Made by a program: the position numbers and the translations under genes
Origin: Rhina ancylostomus
Lineage: Eukaryota
Assembly (NCBI GenBank): GCA_030265395.1
Contig: JARFYF010000104.1
Span: 21,947,275 to 22,011,274 of the forward strand
Reading direction: 5' to 3'
Length of the DNA: 64,000 nt
The notes under the pieces: generated by a model
What the model saw: only the letters and a program-made list of their open reading frames with translations
Database searches by the model: none
What the model was told of the DNA's origin: nothing
In this document: positions 12,322 through 25,479 of the stretch, in pieces
Layout of the letters: each line of letters starts with the position of its first letter
Numbering within the stretch: the first letter of the stretch is position 1

Positions 12322-13965
12322 AGACACAAGAGACTACAAATGCTGGAATCTGGAGCCAAAAAACAAACTGCTGGAGGAACTCGGTAGGTCATGCAGCATC
12401 TGTGGAGGGAAATGGACAGTCGAAGACTCAGACTGAGACCCTTCATCTCGACTGAAAGAGTTGAGGGGATATAGCTAGAATTAAGGTGTAAGGGGGAGGG
12501 ATCCGGGAAGAGCTGGCGAGTGATGAGTGGATCCAGGTGAGGAGGGGTGATTGGCAGACTGAGCAGATGGTAGGTGGACACAGCAAAGGGCTGCAGATGA
12601 TGGAATCGGATGGGGAAAGAAGTTGGAGCATGGAACCAAATAATGAAGGTCGGGAGGGCAGATGGCAACAGTGGCAGGAGGGAACCCAGTGGGAGGATTG
12701 TGTGGGTGATGGGCACATAGAGGAAGGGAAAGAAACTGGTGATAGGGGACGGGGATGGGGGTTGGGTGTGTGTAGAATATGTGTGGGTAGATCAGGAGAG
12801 AAAGAGACAGAGGGGGAACAGGTTACCTGAAGTTGAGAATTCAATGTTCATGCCATCCAGTTGTAGACATCCAGGCGTAATATGAGGTGCCGTTCCTGTA
12901 GTTTGCATTTGGCCTCACCGTAGCAGCAGAGGAGGCCGAGGACAGACATGTTAGTGTGGGAAAGGGGAGAGGATTAAAATGGCTTGAAACCAGGAGCTCC
13001 AGATGACCGTGGCGGATAGAGTGCAGGTGCTCAGTAATGCAGTCACCTAGTTCGCGTTTGGTCTTGCTGACATAGAGGAGGCCTCATCAAAAGCCCCAAA
13101 TGCAATAGACAAGGTTGGAGGAGGTGCACGTGAATCTCTGTCCCACCTTGAAGGGCCGTTTAGGTTCCTGGATGGTGGTGAGGGAAGAGGTGCAGGGACA
13201 GGTATTACATCTCTTACAGTTGCAGGAGAAAGTGACCAGGGAGTGGGAAGGATGGGTGGCGACAGATGAGCGAACCAGGGAGTCACAAAGAGAGTGGACC
13301 CTTCAGAAAGCAGAAAGGGGTGGGGAGGGGAAGGCGTGACTGGTGGGGGGATCACATTGTAGCTGGCAATAATGGTGAAGAATGNNNNNNNNNNNNNNNN
13401 NNNNNNNNNNNNNNNNNNNNNNNNNNNNNNNNNNNNNNNNNNNNNNNNNNNNNNNNNNNNNNNNNNNNNNNNNNNNNNNNNNNNAGCTGGCAAAAATGTT
13501 GAAGAATGATGTGCTGGATGCGTAGGCTGGTGGGGTGAAAGATAAGGATGAGGGGAACTGTATCCCTGTTCTTTCTTGGGGGAGGGGTGGTGCGAGCAGA
13601 AATATGGGGAATGGAGGAGATGCAGGTGAGGGCTCCATCAACCACAGTGGAGGTGAAGCCCCGTTTCCTGAAAAAGGATGACATCTCAGATGTCCTGGAG
13701 TGGAAGGCCTCATCTCGACAACAGAAGCGGAGAAACTGAGAGAAAGGAATGTCGTCCTTACAAGAGACAGGGTGGGAGGAGGTGTAGTCAAGGTAGGTGT
13801 GGGAGTCAGTGGGTTTGTAGTAAATGTCAGTGGATAGTCTGTCTCCTGAGATGGAGAAAGAGAGATCAAGAAAATGGAGAGAGGTGTTGGAAATGGTACA
13901 AATGAATTTGAGGGTAGGGTGGAAATTAGGAGTGAAGTTGATGAGTTCCGCACAGGTGCAAGAGA
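12322..13965 (-). mobile_element. Penelope-like retroelement, 5'-truncated: RT C-terminus, GIY-YIG endonuclease remnant and 3' pseudo-LTR
   Basis: ORF 13352..14026 reads NFHPTLKF..FLDLSFSISGDRLSTDIYYKPTDSHTYLDYTSSHP.SCKDDIPFSQFLR. GIY-YIG region FTCTSSNLVYCI..GLLYV..TKRELGD near 13030-13140. Pyrimidine-rich pseudo-LTR 12322-12830. Confidence 0.9.
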
Positions 13966-16900
13966 CAGCTGTTTTGAAGATCATTGGCTTCCTGTTTTGA
14001 TGAACTGTGTTTTGAAAGCTACACAATATATGTTTAATATATTAGCTTAATTACTTTGACACAACATCATGGGCTAAAGGGCCTTTTACTGTGCTGTACT
14101 GTTCCATGTTCTTTGTTAGTGCCCCTAACTATAAATGGCCAGAACACTCTTTGAAATAGAAATCGAAATTGACTTCCTCAGTCACTGAAAAGTAAAGGGC
14201 CTTGTAACTTTATTATTGTTGACATCAAGAACAAGAGTAACTATGTTTTTCTGATGCTGCAGTACATATTTGTTCTGTGCAGTTTACAACTCTGTGAAGT
14301 GTGTTCGCAAATAGGGGAGGAAAGACAGATTTCCCAAACTCTGCTCTAATTATGGCAATGGTCCACTAAATGTCAGGGTCACTGTGCCATTGATTCTTTA
14401 CCAAGAATCTTGAAAGACATTATCTTGACCTCTTAGTATTAATTTCAATCAACCTAAAGCTATTTTTTTTCACCCTGCATGTTGTTACTCATGTTAAAAC
14501 CAGAAATCAACACTAAGATAGAATAAACCTGGATAACTGTCCAAATATACTAGAATCTTTTCTATTAACAGTTTACGGCAATAAACATTACAATATTTTA
14601 GAAAATTGAACGATGCTTTAAAAATTATATGCATTAACATATGTATCAATGGAATGAACTGTATTAGCTATCAGGAATGAAAACAAAACATGTCCTTCAA
14701 TAAATAGAGGTACATGTTAAATTCACAGTGCATCGCATGATAAACAACAGATGTAGCAATGTCAAGGCTGTAATCTCAACTCAGCGTTGATGAAAATTGC
14801 TCACAAAGATGTTTTTTTTATGTTTGCACCAGGGAGAGCTGAAACCAGTAACAACGCAACATGGCAGGCCTCAGGGACCTGACTTCAGCAATTGCAAAAA
14901 GTGCTGAAAAAGTTTGCAACACAGGGAATGTTATTGCCTCACAACCAGTTTTGAGAGCTCATTTCATAATTTATGATATAACTTGACTTATGTTCCAAAT
15001 GAATTGAACATTATTAAACTAGAAAATAATCTGCAACATAGCTGTGCAAAACAGTTTGGTCATAGAGTCATACAGCATAGAAACAGGCCCTTCAGGCCAC
15101 CATGACCATGCTGACCACCAAATACCTATCTATAGTAATCTCAATTACCAGCACTTGGTCTGTAGCCTACTGTACATTGGCGATTCAAATGTTCATCCAG
15201 ATTTGGTACTTTTGTGATTTTGGGTCTAATCCTGCCAGGCTGGTCTTCCCCTTGAATCACCACCCAAGGTCTTCACAGCCAGCACCTCTCTTGACTGAAG
15301 ACAGAGGGGCAATCTGCCTAGCCTTCCATACGCTTAAGCCAGGTGACCAGTCCATACAGGAATTAGGTGCTGGTGGCACAGTGCGAAGCCTGTTCCCCAG
15401 AACAAACATGCCAGAATTCGACCTGTTGGGGGAGGGCAGTGATGGGCTTAGTGAAAGATCCAGACCCCTGAATCTGCAGACTCACAACACTTAATGCACA
15501 TGTACTGAACTTACTTCATTTCAAATGGCTGAATGCTGCTGGTTTCATTTGGAACTAATGGCTAAAGCCATCAAGATCCAGCATAATAACTAAACAGTAA
15601 CTTGTTGAAATTATTCCATTATTTTATTTTTCACTCGGTGTTTTGTGACATCTTGAGGTTTCCCATTTGGTTTGCTCTGCTTAAGAGGTGCATTTTAGAA
15701 TGGTATACACTTGACTTATTTAAAAATCTCAGACATTCTCATCTTCTACTCTGCCATTAGTGAAACTTATAGAACTTGTCCTATTGAATGTTGAGTCTTC
15801 CTGACTCAATAAGAATATTATTCCAAGGGGATGTCAGAGAGATGGTAGTGCAGCTGCTTAATGCGATTCTGTTCTCAAATAAACTTCATTTTGAAAATTG
15901 TTTGATCAGGAGACTTTCTTTACTCAGTTCCACAGAGATACACTGAATGAAAACACCTTTTAATTTGACGTCTGCTAGCATGGAAAAATAAATACTGTCG
16001 ACTGTTCAGAGCAATTTATAATGCAGTGGTAAATACAAAATCATCTTTAGATTTCCACATTTCTGATGCATCTGCTCTGCCAGTCTTATTTTTCCCAGGT
16101 AGCTAGTACGCTTGACAGCTGAACTTCACGCATCTAAGAACATGTGATCTTACTATTCATTGCTTGAACTGTCACTGATAGTTTTGATTAGCATGGAGAG
16201 CAGAACTACAATGATTCGCTCTATAAGAAGCTTTTTCTAAAAGACTTTGATTATATTGCTATCCTGCGCAAGTTCCTGACAGCATAACTGAACCAGCTGA
16301 CAAGGGAAACCACTAATCCCTGGCATCAATGCTGTGCAGTACAAATGTGTCATGTTAACTGTCAGAAAATAAGAAAATAACTTATAAGGTGGTCCAAGTA
16401 GATATGAAGGAGAGTTTCTGTGAGTGGATCTCTGTATTTTGGATGCATGGAGCATCAAAAATAAAGGTGTAGGAGCCATTTGCTGCAACATGCCTGAAAG
16501 AGGAGGGAAAGATGTTTTGGCTCTGAGAATGAAAGGCTGGAACATTAATGACGTTTTTTTCCTGACTGCAGCAGGTTCTTTAGCTGAAAATAGAATGTGA
16601 ACCAATATCCATAATAAATGGCATCTGGTAGAACAGGATGAGCAGACTGCAAGTTAATTATGTAATGGAACAAAGTGCAACATCAAATTATGAGCATTTG
16701 AAACAACTTACTTGCACAGACTGAATGAGAAAGTAGCTTTCTAAGTATGAAAACAAAAATTAAGTATGCTAGAGGATCAGTACCTTAACTATGCATTAAA
16801 AACCTGACCTAAGTGTGACTGCTACCAAAGCCAAATGGTCACTTTCCAAATAACATGTTTGCTGTAAAAGAGTGTTGCAACCAATTGGTGGCTCAGTTTG

Positions 16901-18009
16901 TGCATGAAATGAAATTCGAGTCAGACTGATCAGATACCATTATAGGTCCTTTGTGTTGCACTTATAGTATCTCGTGACAGCACATACTGTACATCAAAGC
17001 CTCAAAAACCATCTTCATAGGTTGGTTAAAAAAAACATTTTTTCATCAGGTAGTTGATTCATTTTCTTAAAACAAAAACTTCTGATGTGATTAGGAAAAC
17101 CTGCCAAAAATTTAACATACTTCATAAGTTTAATAAGTGCAGTAATTAGTGACATAAATGCTGGGATCACAAGTGACGGGCACTGTTTGAAGGCCTTTTG
17201 GTGTGAATTCTGCTTTTATGGCAAGTATGCAAGGACTGCGTGCTAAATACATAGTGTACACCACATAGTGATTTTTGCAGCTCTAAAGTTAATTAACAAT
17301 TTTTTTTTCTTTCCAGGATACCTTGTCTCAATCATAACATTAATATTAAGGTACAAATTCAACTCAATAGCAACAGCAGAGCTAAAGGACAACAAAAAAA
17401 TAATTGTTTTTAGTTTCATTAACATTACAAAGGCCATCATGAATTGTGAATACACAGCACTGCAACAATGAGCTTGCTGTAAGTGCTGTGGACAGTACAC
17501 AGAATTGTTGGTTCGTTTTACCATGCCAGATTTGCTAAATTGTGTTGTGTTCTCCTCTGCCAATTTCTACCTACAAAGATTGCATTGTGTCAGCTGTCTG
17601 GCGGACATGATACTCTTCAGTCTTCCAGGCAGTGTCTTCTGAGGTCCAGTCAGGGTAAGCCTTTGTGAACTCACTTGATGTCTTCAAATGTTCAGTTTGC
17701 TGCAGATAAAACAGGGCCGATAGACGATGGCTGTCCTTCACTCATGGACTCCACTGTATATTTCCATGTTAATGGTTCAGTGATTCAACCCACCAAATAT
17801 TCATGATTCCCACACAACAGCTGGAGCTGGTTGCCACCATTTTGAGCCTTAAAGTTGTTTCAGTATTTCCTCCTAAATGTAACAACTTATCTTTAAATGA
17901 CTACAATTCTTTAATTTTAAGCAACAAAACATAATGTGCTGCATGTTCCCAATTCCAAATGCCTTTTGTTCCTACATCATACATTGCAAAATACCTAAAT
18001 TATCACATA

Positions 18010-18970
18010 TTTGAGGTGATGCTGGTGGAAAGGCAAGATGAGAAGGGATGTAATCACTTTACAGAGGGATGTCAGGTTAGGTTAGCAACAAATGGATTAT
18101 AATGTGGGAAAATGAGGAATTGTTGATTTAAAAAACAGAAGAACATTGTGATTTAAGTGGAGAAAAATTGCACAAAGCCACATCACAAAGAGATTTGGGG
18201 ATCCTTGTGCATTAAAGAAAGAAAGTTAGCACATAAGTGAAGCAGGAAATTGAACCATAGAATTGTACAGCACAGAAGAGCCATAAAGTTGTTGACCTAT
18301 CTCTGTGCTGACCTTTTTGCCCATCTACAGTGGAATGTTGGCCCCAATTTCAAAGGCTTTGGAGTATAAAAGTTGGAAAGATATATTGCAATTGTACAAG
18401 GCACTAGTTATACCTCATTGAGAGCACTGTGAATGGTTTTGGTCCCCCTATTTAAAGAAGGATCTCATTTCATTGGAGGTGGTTCAGAGAAAGTTCACTT
18501 GGATGATCCCAGATATGGAGGGGTTGTATTATGAGGAAAGGTTCAACAGGTTGGTACTCTATTCATTGGAGTTTAGAACAATAAGAGGTGACCTTATTGA
18601 AATGTATATGATTCTTAGTGGTCTAGATAGAGTAAAAAAAACAAGAGAGCCTAGTATAAAGGTGAGAGATAGGAGAGGATCTTATGGGTAAGATTTTGTA
18701 CAGGGAATGGTTGATTTCTGGAACACACCGCCAGAGGAGATGGTGGAATCACATTCAATTACAATGTTTAAAAGACATTTAGGCAGGCACATAAATAGGC
18801 AAGGATAGGATCCTAATGCAGGCAAATGGGATTAGTGTAGATGAGCCAAAAGGTTGGCATGGACATGGTGGGCCAAAGGGCCCATTTCTGTGCCATACAG
18901 CTCTATAACTCTAAATGTCAAGAGGATGTTTCCTTTCATGGGGGAGCCCAGAACCAGAGGGCATAATCTT
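18010..18970 (+). mobile_element. Composite CR1 3' fragments
   Basis: EVVQRKFTWMIP..LYSLEFR.IRGDLIEMY (ORF 18473..18691). A second CR1 tail is nested at about 18640-18912. Confidence 0.85.
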
Positions 18971-18975
18971 GGAAT

Positions 18976-19380
18976 AAGCCATGGCTCAGTTGTGAATACT
19001 TTCACGTGTAAATTAGAAAATTCAGTAGGGTTTGAATCCCACAACAGAGACTTGAGAACAGAACTGAGAGAATGCTCACTAGAGGTTCCACTTTTCAGAT
19101 TAGATGTTTTAGAAGGCCCTGTTTGCTTACTTGAGTGGATGTAAAAGTTCCTGTGGTACTACTGTAGAGAAAAGTAGAAGCTACCCTGTTGTCTTGACCA
19201 ATGTTTGCATCATAATCAGTGCTAATGAAGAAATGATTATCTGATCATTATCAAGTGGGACTTTCTATGCACAAATCACACAGGTTGCCATTTTTCTTAC
19301 ATTAAGGTAGTCACAACACTTCAAATATTTCTTCATCGAATGGAAAACAACTTGTTATATGAATGCAAGTCTTTCTTATT
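18976..19380 (+). mobile_element. Deu-domain SINE (SacSINE1/AmnSINE-like), near full length but degenerate
   Basis: tRNA-like head gccatggctcagttg...gggtttgaatccc, Deu core ggatgtaaaagttcctgtggtactact...gtcttgaccaat, tail tatatgaatgcaagtctttctt. Confidence 0.7.
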
Positions 19381-20379
19381 TACAACACAGGACAGAGTGA
19401 ATCACAGCTTTCTTTGATAAGCTAAACTAAATTATAATATTATTGTTACAAACCACTCACTAACATTGTTGGAAAATGCAATTTATTGGTTACTTATTTA
19501 TTCCCTTCAAATCCTTGAACATGTTTACACTCATCATCTGTCCATCTGAAAGAAAATGCCAGCTGTTGTTGATGCAATGTGCTAGTGCTGGCTATCTTGA
19601 AGTTGCTGAATAAGCTTCTTCCTTTTTTAAACTATCCGTGTGAGCCACTATTTAGTGAAATAAAATGTAGTGTACACAGAAGGGCCTGTGATTGCTGAGC
19701 CTTACGTTTCTCCTCTTTTCATCTCTCCGATTCTAGAACCCTGAAAGTAATACTGTTTTGACTAACGCAAGCAATTGACATCTTCTCCCCTCAACATTCA
19801 TCCTATCTTCTCTTTCCTTTAAGTGGTTCCAATACTATTAGTAACTCTTAGTACCTTACTTTTATATCTGTTATTCATATGTAATGGTTGACAGAAAGTA
19901 TTGATAGTTCGTTTGACATCAGGGTCAATACAACAAAGTCAAAATCTATTAGTTTGATTGAACGTTTAGCAAGAATTACTGGCTTAGGAATCCTAAATGA
20001 TATTCACTTCCATTTTTGGGTGAAACTAAGCACTTTCACAAACAAGAGTGATGGCTTGTAGTAACATTAATGTGATCTTCCATTCAGTCCTTCACTGATA
20101 TAAACCCACTATGTGGCTGCTTTCCTTTTCCTCCAAAATGGGTGATAAACTGTGTAACGAAAAGGTAACTACCACTTACATTTATTTAGCATAGTAGAAT
20201 GTCCCAAGGTGCTTCACTAAATTATTAGACAAATTTTGACCCTGAGCTGCATAACAATATGAAAAACTAGGCCATAGAAGTGAATTTTAAAGGGAAAGAG
20301 AAGATTTAGGGACCAAATTCCAGAGATAATGGCTTTGGCATTTCAAAATGTGCTTCGATTTGCGAATAATGAAGTGCGT

Positions 20380-21975
20380 GGGACCGTAGATAGTCCAACC
20401 AGGGAAAGGGCCATACTAGAACTTGTATTGGGAAGTGAGCTTGTCCAAGTGTTAGGAGTTGCATTCGGAGAGAATTTTGAGAACAGTGGTCATAATTCTG
20501 ATTGGATAAGGATAAGGCTGGACCTCAGGAAAAGTGCTAAATTGGGGGAGGGCTAATTACAACAGTATTAGACAGGAACTGGGGAGAGTAGATTGGGAAC
20601 ACTTGTTACTGGGTAAATCCACATCTCACATGTGGGAGTCTTTAAAGACCAGCATGCTAGAATTAAAGACCAGCATGTTCATGTGAAGATGAAAGACAAG
20701 GGTGGCAAGGTTCTGGAATCTTGGATGACAAGAGATGTAAGTTTAGTCAAAAGCATAAAGGAAGTATATGTAAGGTTTAGAAAACTAAAATCAGATAAGG
20801 CCCTTGAACATAGAGGAAGCACAACATAACTTAAACTGGGAATCAGAAAGGCTAAAAAGGGTGATGAAATGTCCTTGGCAGGTAGGATTAAGGAAAATCC
20901 CAAGGCATTTTATACATATATTAAAAATAAGAGGGTAGCTAGGGTAAGGGTAGGTTCCTTCAAGGACAAAGGAGGGAATTTACGCTTGGATCCAGAAGAA
21001 GTGGGCAAGGTACTAAACCAGTATTTCATGTTGGTATCACCAAGGAGAAGGACATGGATGATAGTGAGATCAGAAAGAGCTATGTTTCTATTCTAGGGCA
21101 TGTTGATATTAAGAAGGAGGAGGTCTTAGGTCTCTTGAAGAACATTAAGGTGGATAAGTCCCCTGACCCTGATGAGATCTCAGGATACTGAAGTAGGCAA
21201 GATGATTGATGAGAGTAAGGAAGGATGTTGTCTATATGGACTTTAGTAAAGCATTTGACAAGGTCTCTCATGGTAGGTGATCCAGAAGATTAAGNNNNNN
21301 NNNNNNNNNNNNNNNNNNNNNNNNNNNNNNNNNNNNNNNNNNNNNNNNNNNNNNNNNNNNNNNNNNNNNNNNNNNNNNNNNNNNNNNNNNNNNNTCTCAT
21401 GGTAGGTGATCCAGAAGATTAAGACACATAGGATCCAAGATGAGTTGGTAGGTTGATTCACAATTGGCTTGATCATAGAAGACAGAGGGTAGTGGTGGAG
21501 AGATGTTATTCTGATGGGAGGTCTGTGAACAATGTCGTTCTGCAAGGATCAGTGCTAGAGCTTCGGTTGTTTGTAATACATATACGTAAATGATTCGGAC
21601 AAAAACACGGGTGGTCTGATTAGCCAGTTTGTAGATGGCACTAAAAATTGTGGAATTGCAGATGGTGGGGAAGGTTGTCAAAAGATATGGCAGGATAAAG
21701 ATCAGTTACACATTTGGGCAGAGAAATGGCAGATGGGATTTAATCTGAATAAGTGTGAGGTCAAAATCAAAGGTCAAATGTAAGGGGAAAGAAAACAGTA
21801 AATGGCAGGACCCTTAGGAGCATTGGAGTACAGTGGGATCATGTGGTTCAAGTGCGTGGCTCTCTGAAAGTGACAACACAGGTAGATACGGTGGTAAAGA
21901 AGGCATACGGCATGCTTGCTTTCATCGGTCAGGGCATTGAGTATAGAAGTTGAGAAGTCATGTAGCAGCTGTCTT
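20380..21975 (+). mobile_element. CR1 ORF2 fragment (endonuclease C-terminus through RT) with internal deletions
   Basis: PTRERAILELVLG, IKENPKAFYTYIKNKR, YMDFSKAFDKVSHG, QGSVL and KWQMGFNLNKCEV. Confidence 0.92.
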
Positions 21976-21979
21976 AAAC

Positions 21980-22530
21980 TTCAGATTGAAGACCCATCAT
22001 CAGAACTGAGAAAGAGAGAAAGCAATTGGGTCTAGCTATCAGAGAAGGTGTGCAAGGGCAATGGGTGGAACAAAGCGAATCTCAATAATAGGGTGAAATG
22101 ATGGACAGCCATTGAATGGACCATTAAATCTGTGTGATGTGTTCCTAATGTTGTGAGATCTGGTTGATGTTATATCAATTTGCCTATTAGGCCATGCTGA
22201 GCAGGCCAGAATATACAAAATATGTTAAATACAGAATATATAAAAAAGAGGGAGAGGAATGGGATGTACAAGTGGCCAGTGCTGATGCAAACAGAAAGAA
22301 AGAGCAAGTTATCTGAAGTTGAAGAATTCAATATTGGGTCCTGCATGTTGCAATGTGATCAGATGAAAAATGAGGTGTTGTTCTTCAAGCTTACGTTGGG
22401 CCTCATTGTAACAGTGCAGGAGGCCACAGACAGGGAGCTCATAGTGGGCGTGGGATGGTGAATTAAAAAGTCAGGGAACCAGAAACTCAGGGTCACTCCT
22501 GTGGACTGAGCTCAAAGTGATCACCCAGTC
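21980..22530 (-). mobile_element. Penelope 3' fragment and pseudo-LTR of an older subfamily
   Basis: Parallels 12820-13050 (gttacctgaagttg.gaattcaat...tgaggtg...ggcctca). Hammerhead core ctgatga on the minus strand at 21997-22003. Confidence 0.65.
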
Positions 22531-23329
22531 TGTGAGAAGAATGAATGTTGTGTTATTTAGTATATTTAAGACTGAGATAGATTTTTAGATANNNNNNNNN
22601 NNNNNNNNNNNNNNNNNNNNNNNNNNNNNNNNNNNNNNNNNNNNNNNNNNACAGAGATTCTAGGTCACTGTGTTTTCAGGTGACAATGTAAAGAGGCAAT
22701 ATTTAAGTGAGACATAGGACAAGGCCAAGACAGATCCATGCTGGATACCAAAGGTAGTGATATGGGCTAAGGAAGGGAAGCCATTGCAGGTGATTCTCTG
22801 GCTATGACTGGATATATAAGAATATAATGAGATGTGTGCAGTCTCATCAAGTTGTTGAAACAGAGTGGGAGGAGAATTCTCTTGACATCTACTCTGTTAA
22901 GCACCCTCAGAATTGTTTATGTCTCAAAAAGTTCATCTCATTGTTCTAAATTCCAGAGACTATAGGCTCAATCAACTCAATCTTTTCTTAAAACAATCCC
23001 TTCATTCCAGGAATCAATCTGGCATCAAGGCTGGTGAAGGGTCAGGATGAATGAGGAGGATTAATCTTTGTCACACTCACATTGGATGTCATTAGTAACT
23101 CTTGTAAGAGAATTTTAAGTACTCTGACAGAATGGATAAACTTGATTTGAGTGGTTTTCATGGACAGAAGATTTTTTTTGTGGAGAGGTATGACGTCAGC
23201 AGGTTTGAAGATGAGGATACAGTACCTGAGGAGAAAGAGGGAGAGAGCTATTACCAATGACGTGGGCTGGGGGTGGGGGTGGTGGAGTTGGATGGTCAAC
23301 TGCTTGATGCAAACAGAGTTGAGAAAGTA

Positions 23330-23570
23330 GGAGACACAGGAGACTGCAGGTGCTGGAATCTGGAGCAATGAGCAAAGTGCTGGACGAACTGGAAGAAAAA
23401 AATGGAGGGTGAATTTTTATACTGCCCCTTCCACCTTTTTATACTGGCTATCTCCCCTCTATCTTTTAGTCCAGATGAAAGATCTTGACCCAAATTGTCG
23501 ACTGTCCATTCCCCTCCACAGATGCTGCCTGACCTGCTAAGTTCCTCCAGCACTTTGTGTGTTGCTTGAG
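23330..23570. repeat. Penelope pseudo-LTR ends in inverted arrangement
   Basis: gagacacaggagactgcaggtgctggaatctggag followed by the opposite-orientation ...cacagatgctgcctgacctgctaagttcctccagca. Confidence 0.7.
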
Positions 23571-24049
23571 AAAATAGGAGGTGAACTAGAGACAAAGGGA
23601 AGATCTGGTTAATTGTATAAAGACAGGGTCACCTAAATAGACAATGGATTGACTCAGTCCATTTCTATTGAGGTGCGTGCATACACAACATTTCAGCTTC
23701 TGGTAGATCAGATTTTTAAAATTACTTTATAAGGAAGGAAACCTTGGAATGTGCCACCTTGTGTAGCCTGTCCTACAAGCACAGCCACACATAAGTGGAC
23801 TTCAACATGGCACTAAAAGTCGTGTTTGAACCTGTTTCAGATCAGCTCCTTTCAGTCTGCCTCAGTGGTCATCTGTCAATATCAGCTTGTTTACAAGTTG
23901 CAGCATACAAACAAATACAGTTCACTGATGTTTTGTTTGTCAAGGCAAAGGACTTTAGTATTTTTACACAGGAGGAAATCCAGCAGCAAGAAAGAGCTCT
24001 TCATTTTTCAGTGCGGTTGTTTTTTTTGAGAATACCAAGCCTCATACAG

Positions 24050-24295
24050 AGACATAGAATTGTACAGCACAGGATCACACCCTCTGGCCCACCATGTCCA
24101 TGTTGACCATTGTACTTATCCATTCTAGTCCCATTTACCTGCATTTGATGTGCAGACTTCTATGCCTTGATGATTCAAGTGCTTATCTAAACACTTCTTG
24201 AATGTTGTTAGCGTACCTGCCTCCACCACCTCCCCAGGCAATATGTTCTAGATTCATAGCACTCTTCATGTGAAAAAATTCCCTCTCAGATCCCC
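24050..24295 (-). mobile_element. CR1 3' end
   Basis: catagaattgtacagcacag...cctgcctccaccacctccccaggca...gtgaaaaaattccctctcagatcccc. Confidence 0.8.
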
Positions 24296-25479
24296 AAAAT
24301 GTGCTGCTTTATGGAATAGGAAGGAATTAAATTCATCATGCAGGCTGAGCATGTGATGTGCCACATCTTGTACATGAATGCCAGGGACCCTGACACCTGC
24401 TATAACACACTTATTCTATGGCAGTTAACTGTACTACTACTTTACAGAATATTCAGAAGAGTTAATGGGTTACTTGATGCCTGTGAGTAGCTTATACACC
24501 AGTCAAAAATATATTTACACAGCTGGTAGAAAATATTATGAGGCCCTGGGTATATAAATATCATGCGCATAGACATACCGAAGTAAAGATTCCAGTGCTT
24601 GATAGCTCTGGTGGTGTGCTGTTACCTAGCTTGAGAAGGTAATCAAAATGATGGTAATTTGTTGCATTTCCTACATTTATCTTAGAAGGGGAGTTGCCTT
24701 TGCATGCTTCTGGAAATGGAAGTTGAGGGGCATAAAGACCCTGAGGCATCACTGAAAACATTGAATCTGAGTGCTCATGTCAAGCAGAGTAAACTTATCC
24801 AGCCATCTTAGCCTCTTCCGCTAAAATTCAAAGTAAGCTGTGCAGAAATATAGTTGGATATATTTTTCCAATGAACTATCTGAGCAAACCCCATTGATAC
24901 TTAAACTAATAAGATTATTAAAGCATAGTCAGTTCTGCTGTGATCTGAATATGCTCTTAGCCACTTTGAGGTGAGCTGCACATATCCTTGTAAATCTACA
25001 CCCTAGAATTAAGATCTCCAGTAGTTGGCAGCCAGGGACAATAAATATTATGAAGATATGGTTTTCCTCTCTTGAATTTGTTTTCTCTCGTTGCTCTGGA
25101 AATGAGAAGCTGGTTCCCTGTATAATGCAGCTTTAATTGGAATTTACTGAGCAGATCGTCAATTGACAACTGCTTCTTGTCGGTGCCACTCCAGTCATTT
25201 TAATGTTACCACTTGTCGGCACTGTTGATTTAAACATGGGGGAGAAGAAAAACGAAATTTAACAGCCTTTGCAGTATTTACCAAATCCATTTGAAAAATT
25301 TGTGACCGAGGAAACCTAGTGTTTTTTTATTTCAAGTGTTTCCTGAAGTAAGTTGAAGGTGGTTTCTGATCCACTTGCTCTATGAGAGTATGACGTGGTC
25401 ATTTCTGAGAAGTGGTTGCAAACTGATCATGATTGGGAGTTAAATCATCCATTTAATCAGATCGTTAGAAAGAACAGGG

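Noticed and set aside
12264-12844. Pro/Ser/Leu-rich ORFs of 133-150 aa (similar ORFs at 27933-28316)
   Set aside because: Low-complexity pyrimidine-rich Penelope pseudo-LTR sequence that lacks stops for compositional reasons
23975-24020. QQQERALHFS as the start of a Harbinger Myb/SANT ORF (like ERAPRFS)
   Set aside because: The match is too short and is cut by a CR1 insertion, so it cannot be supported
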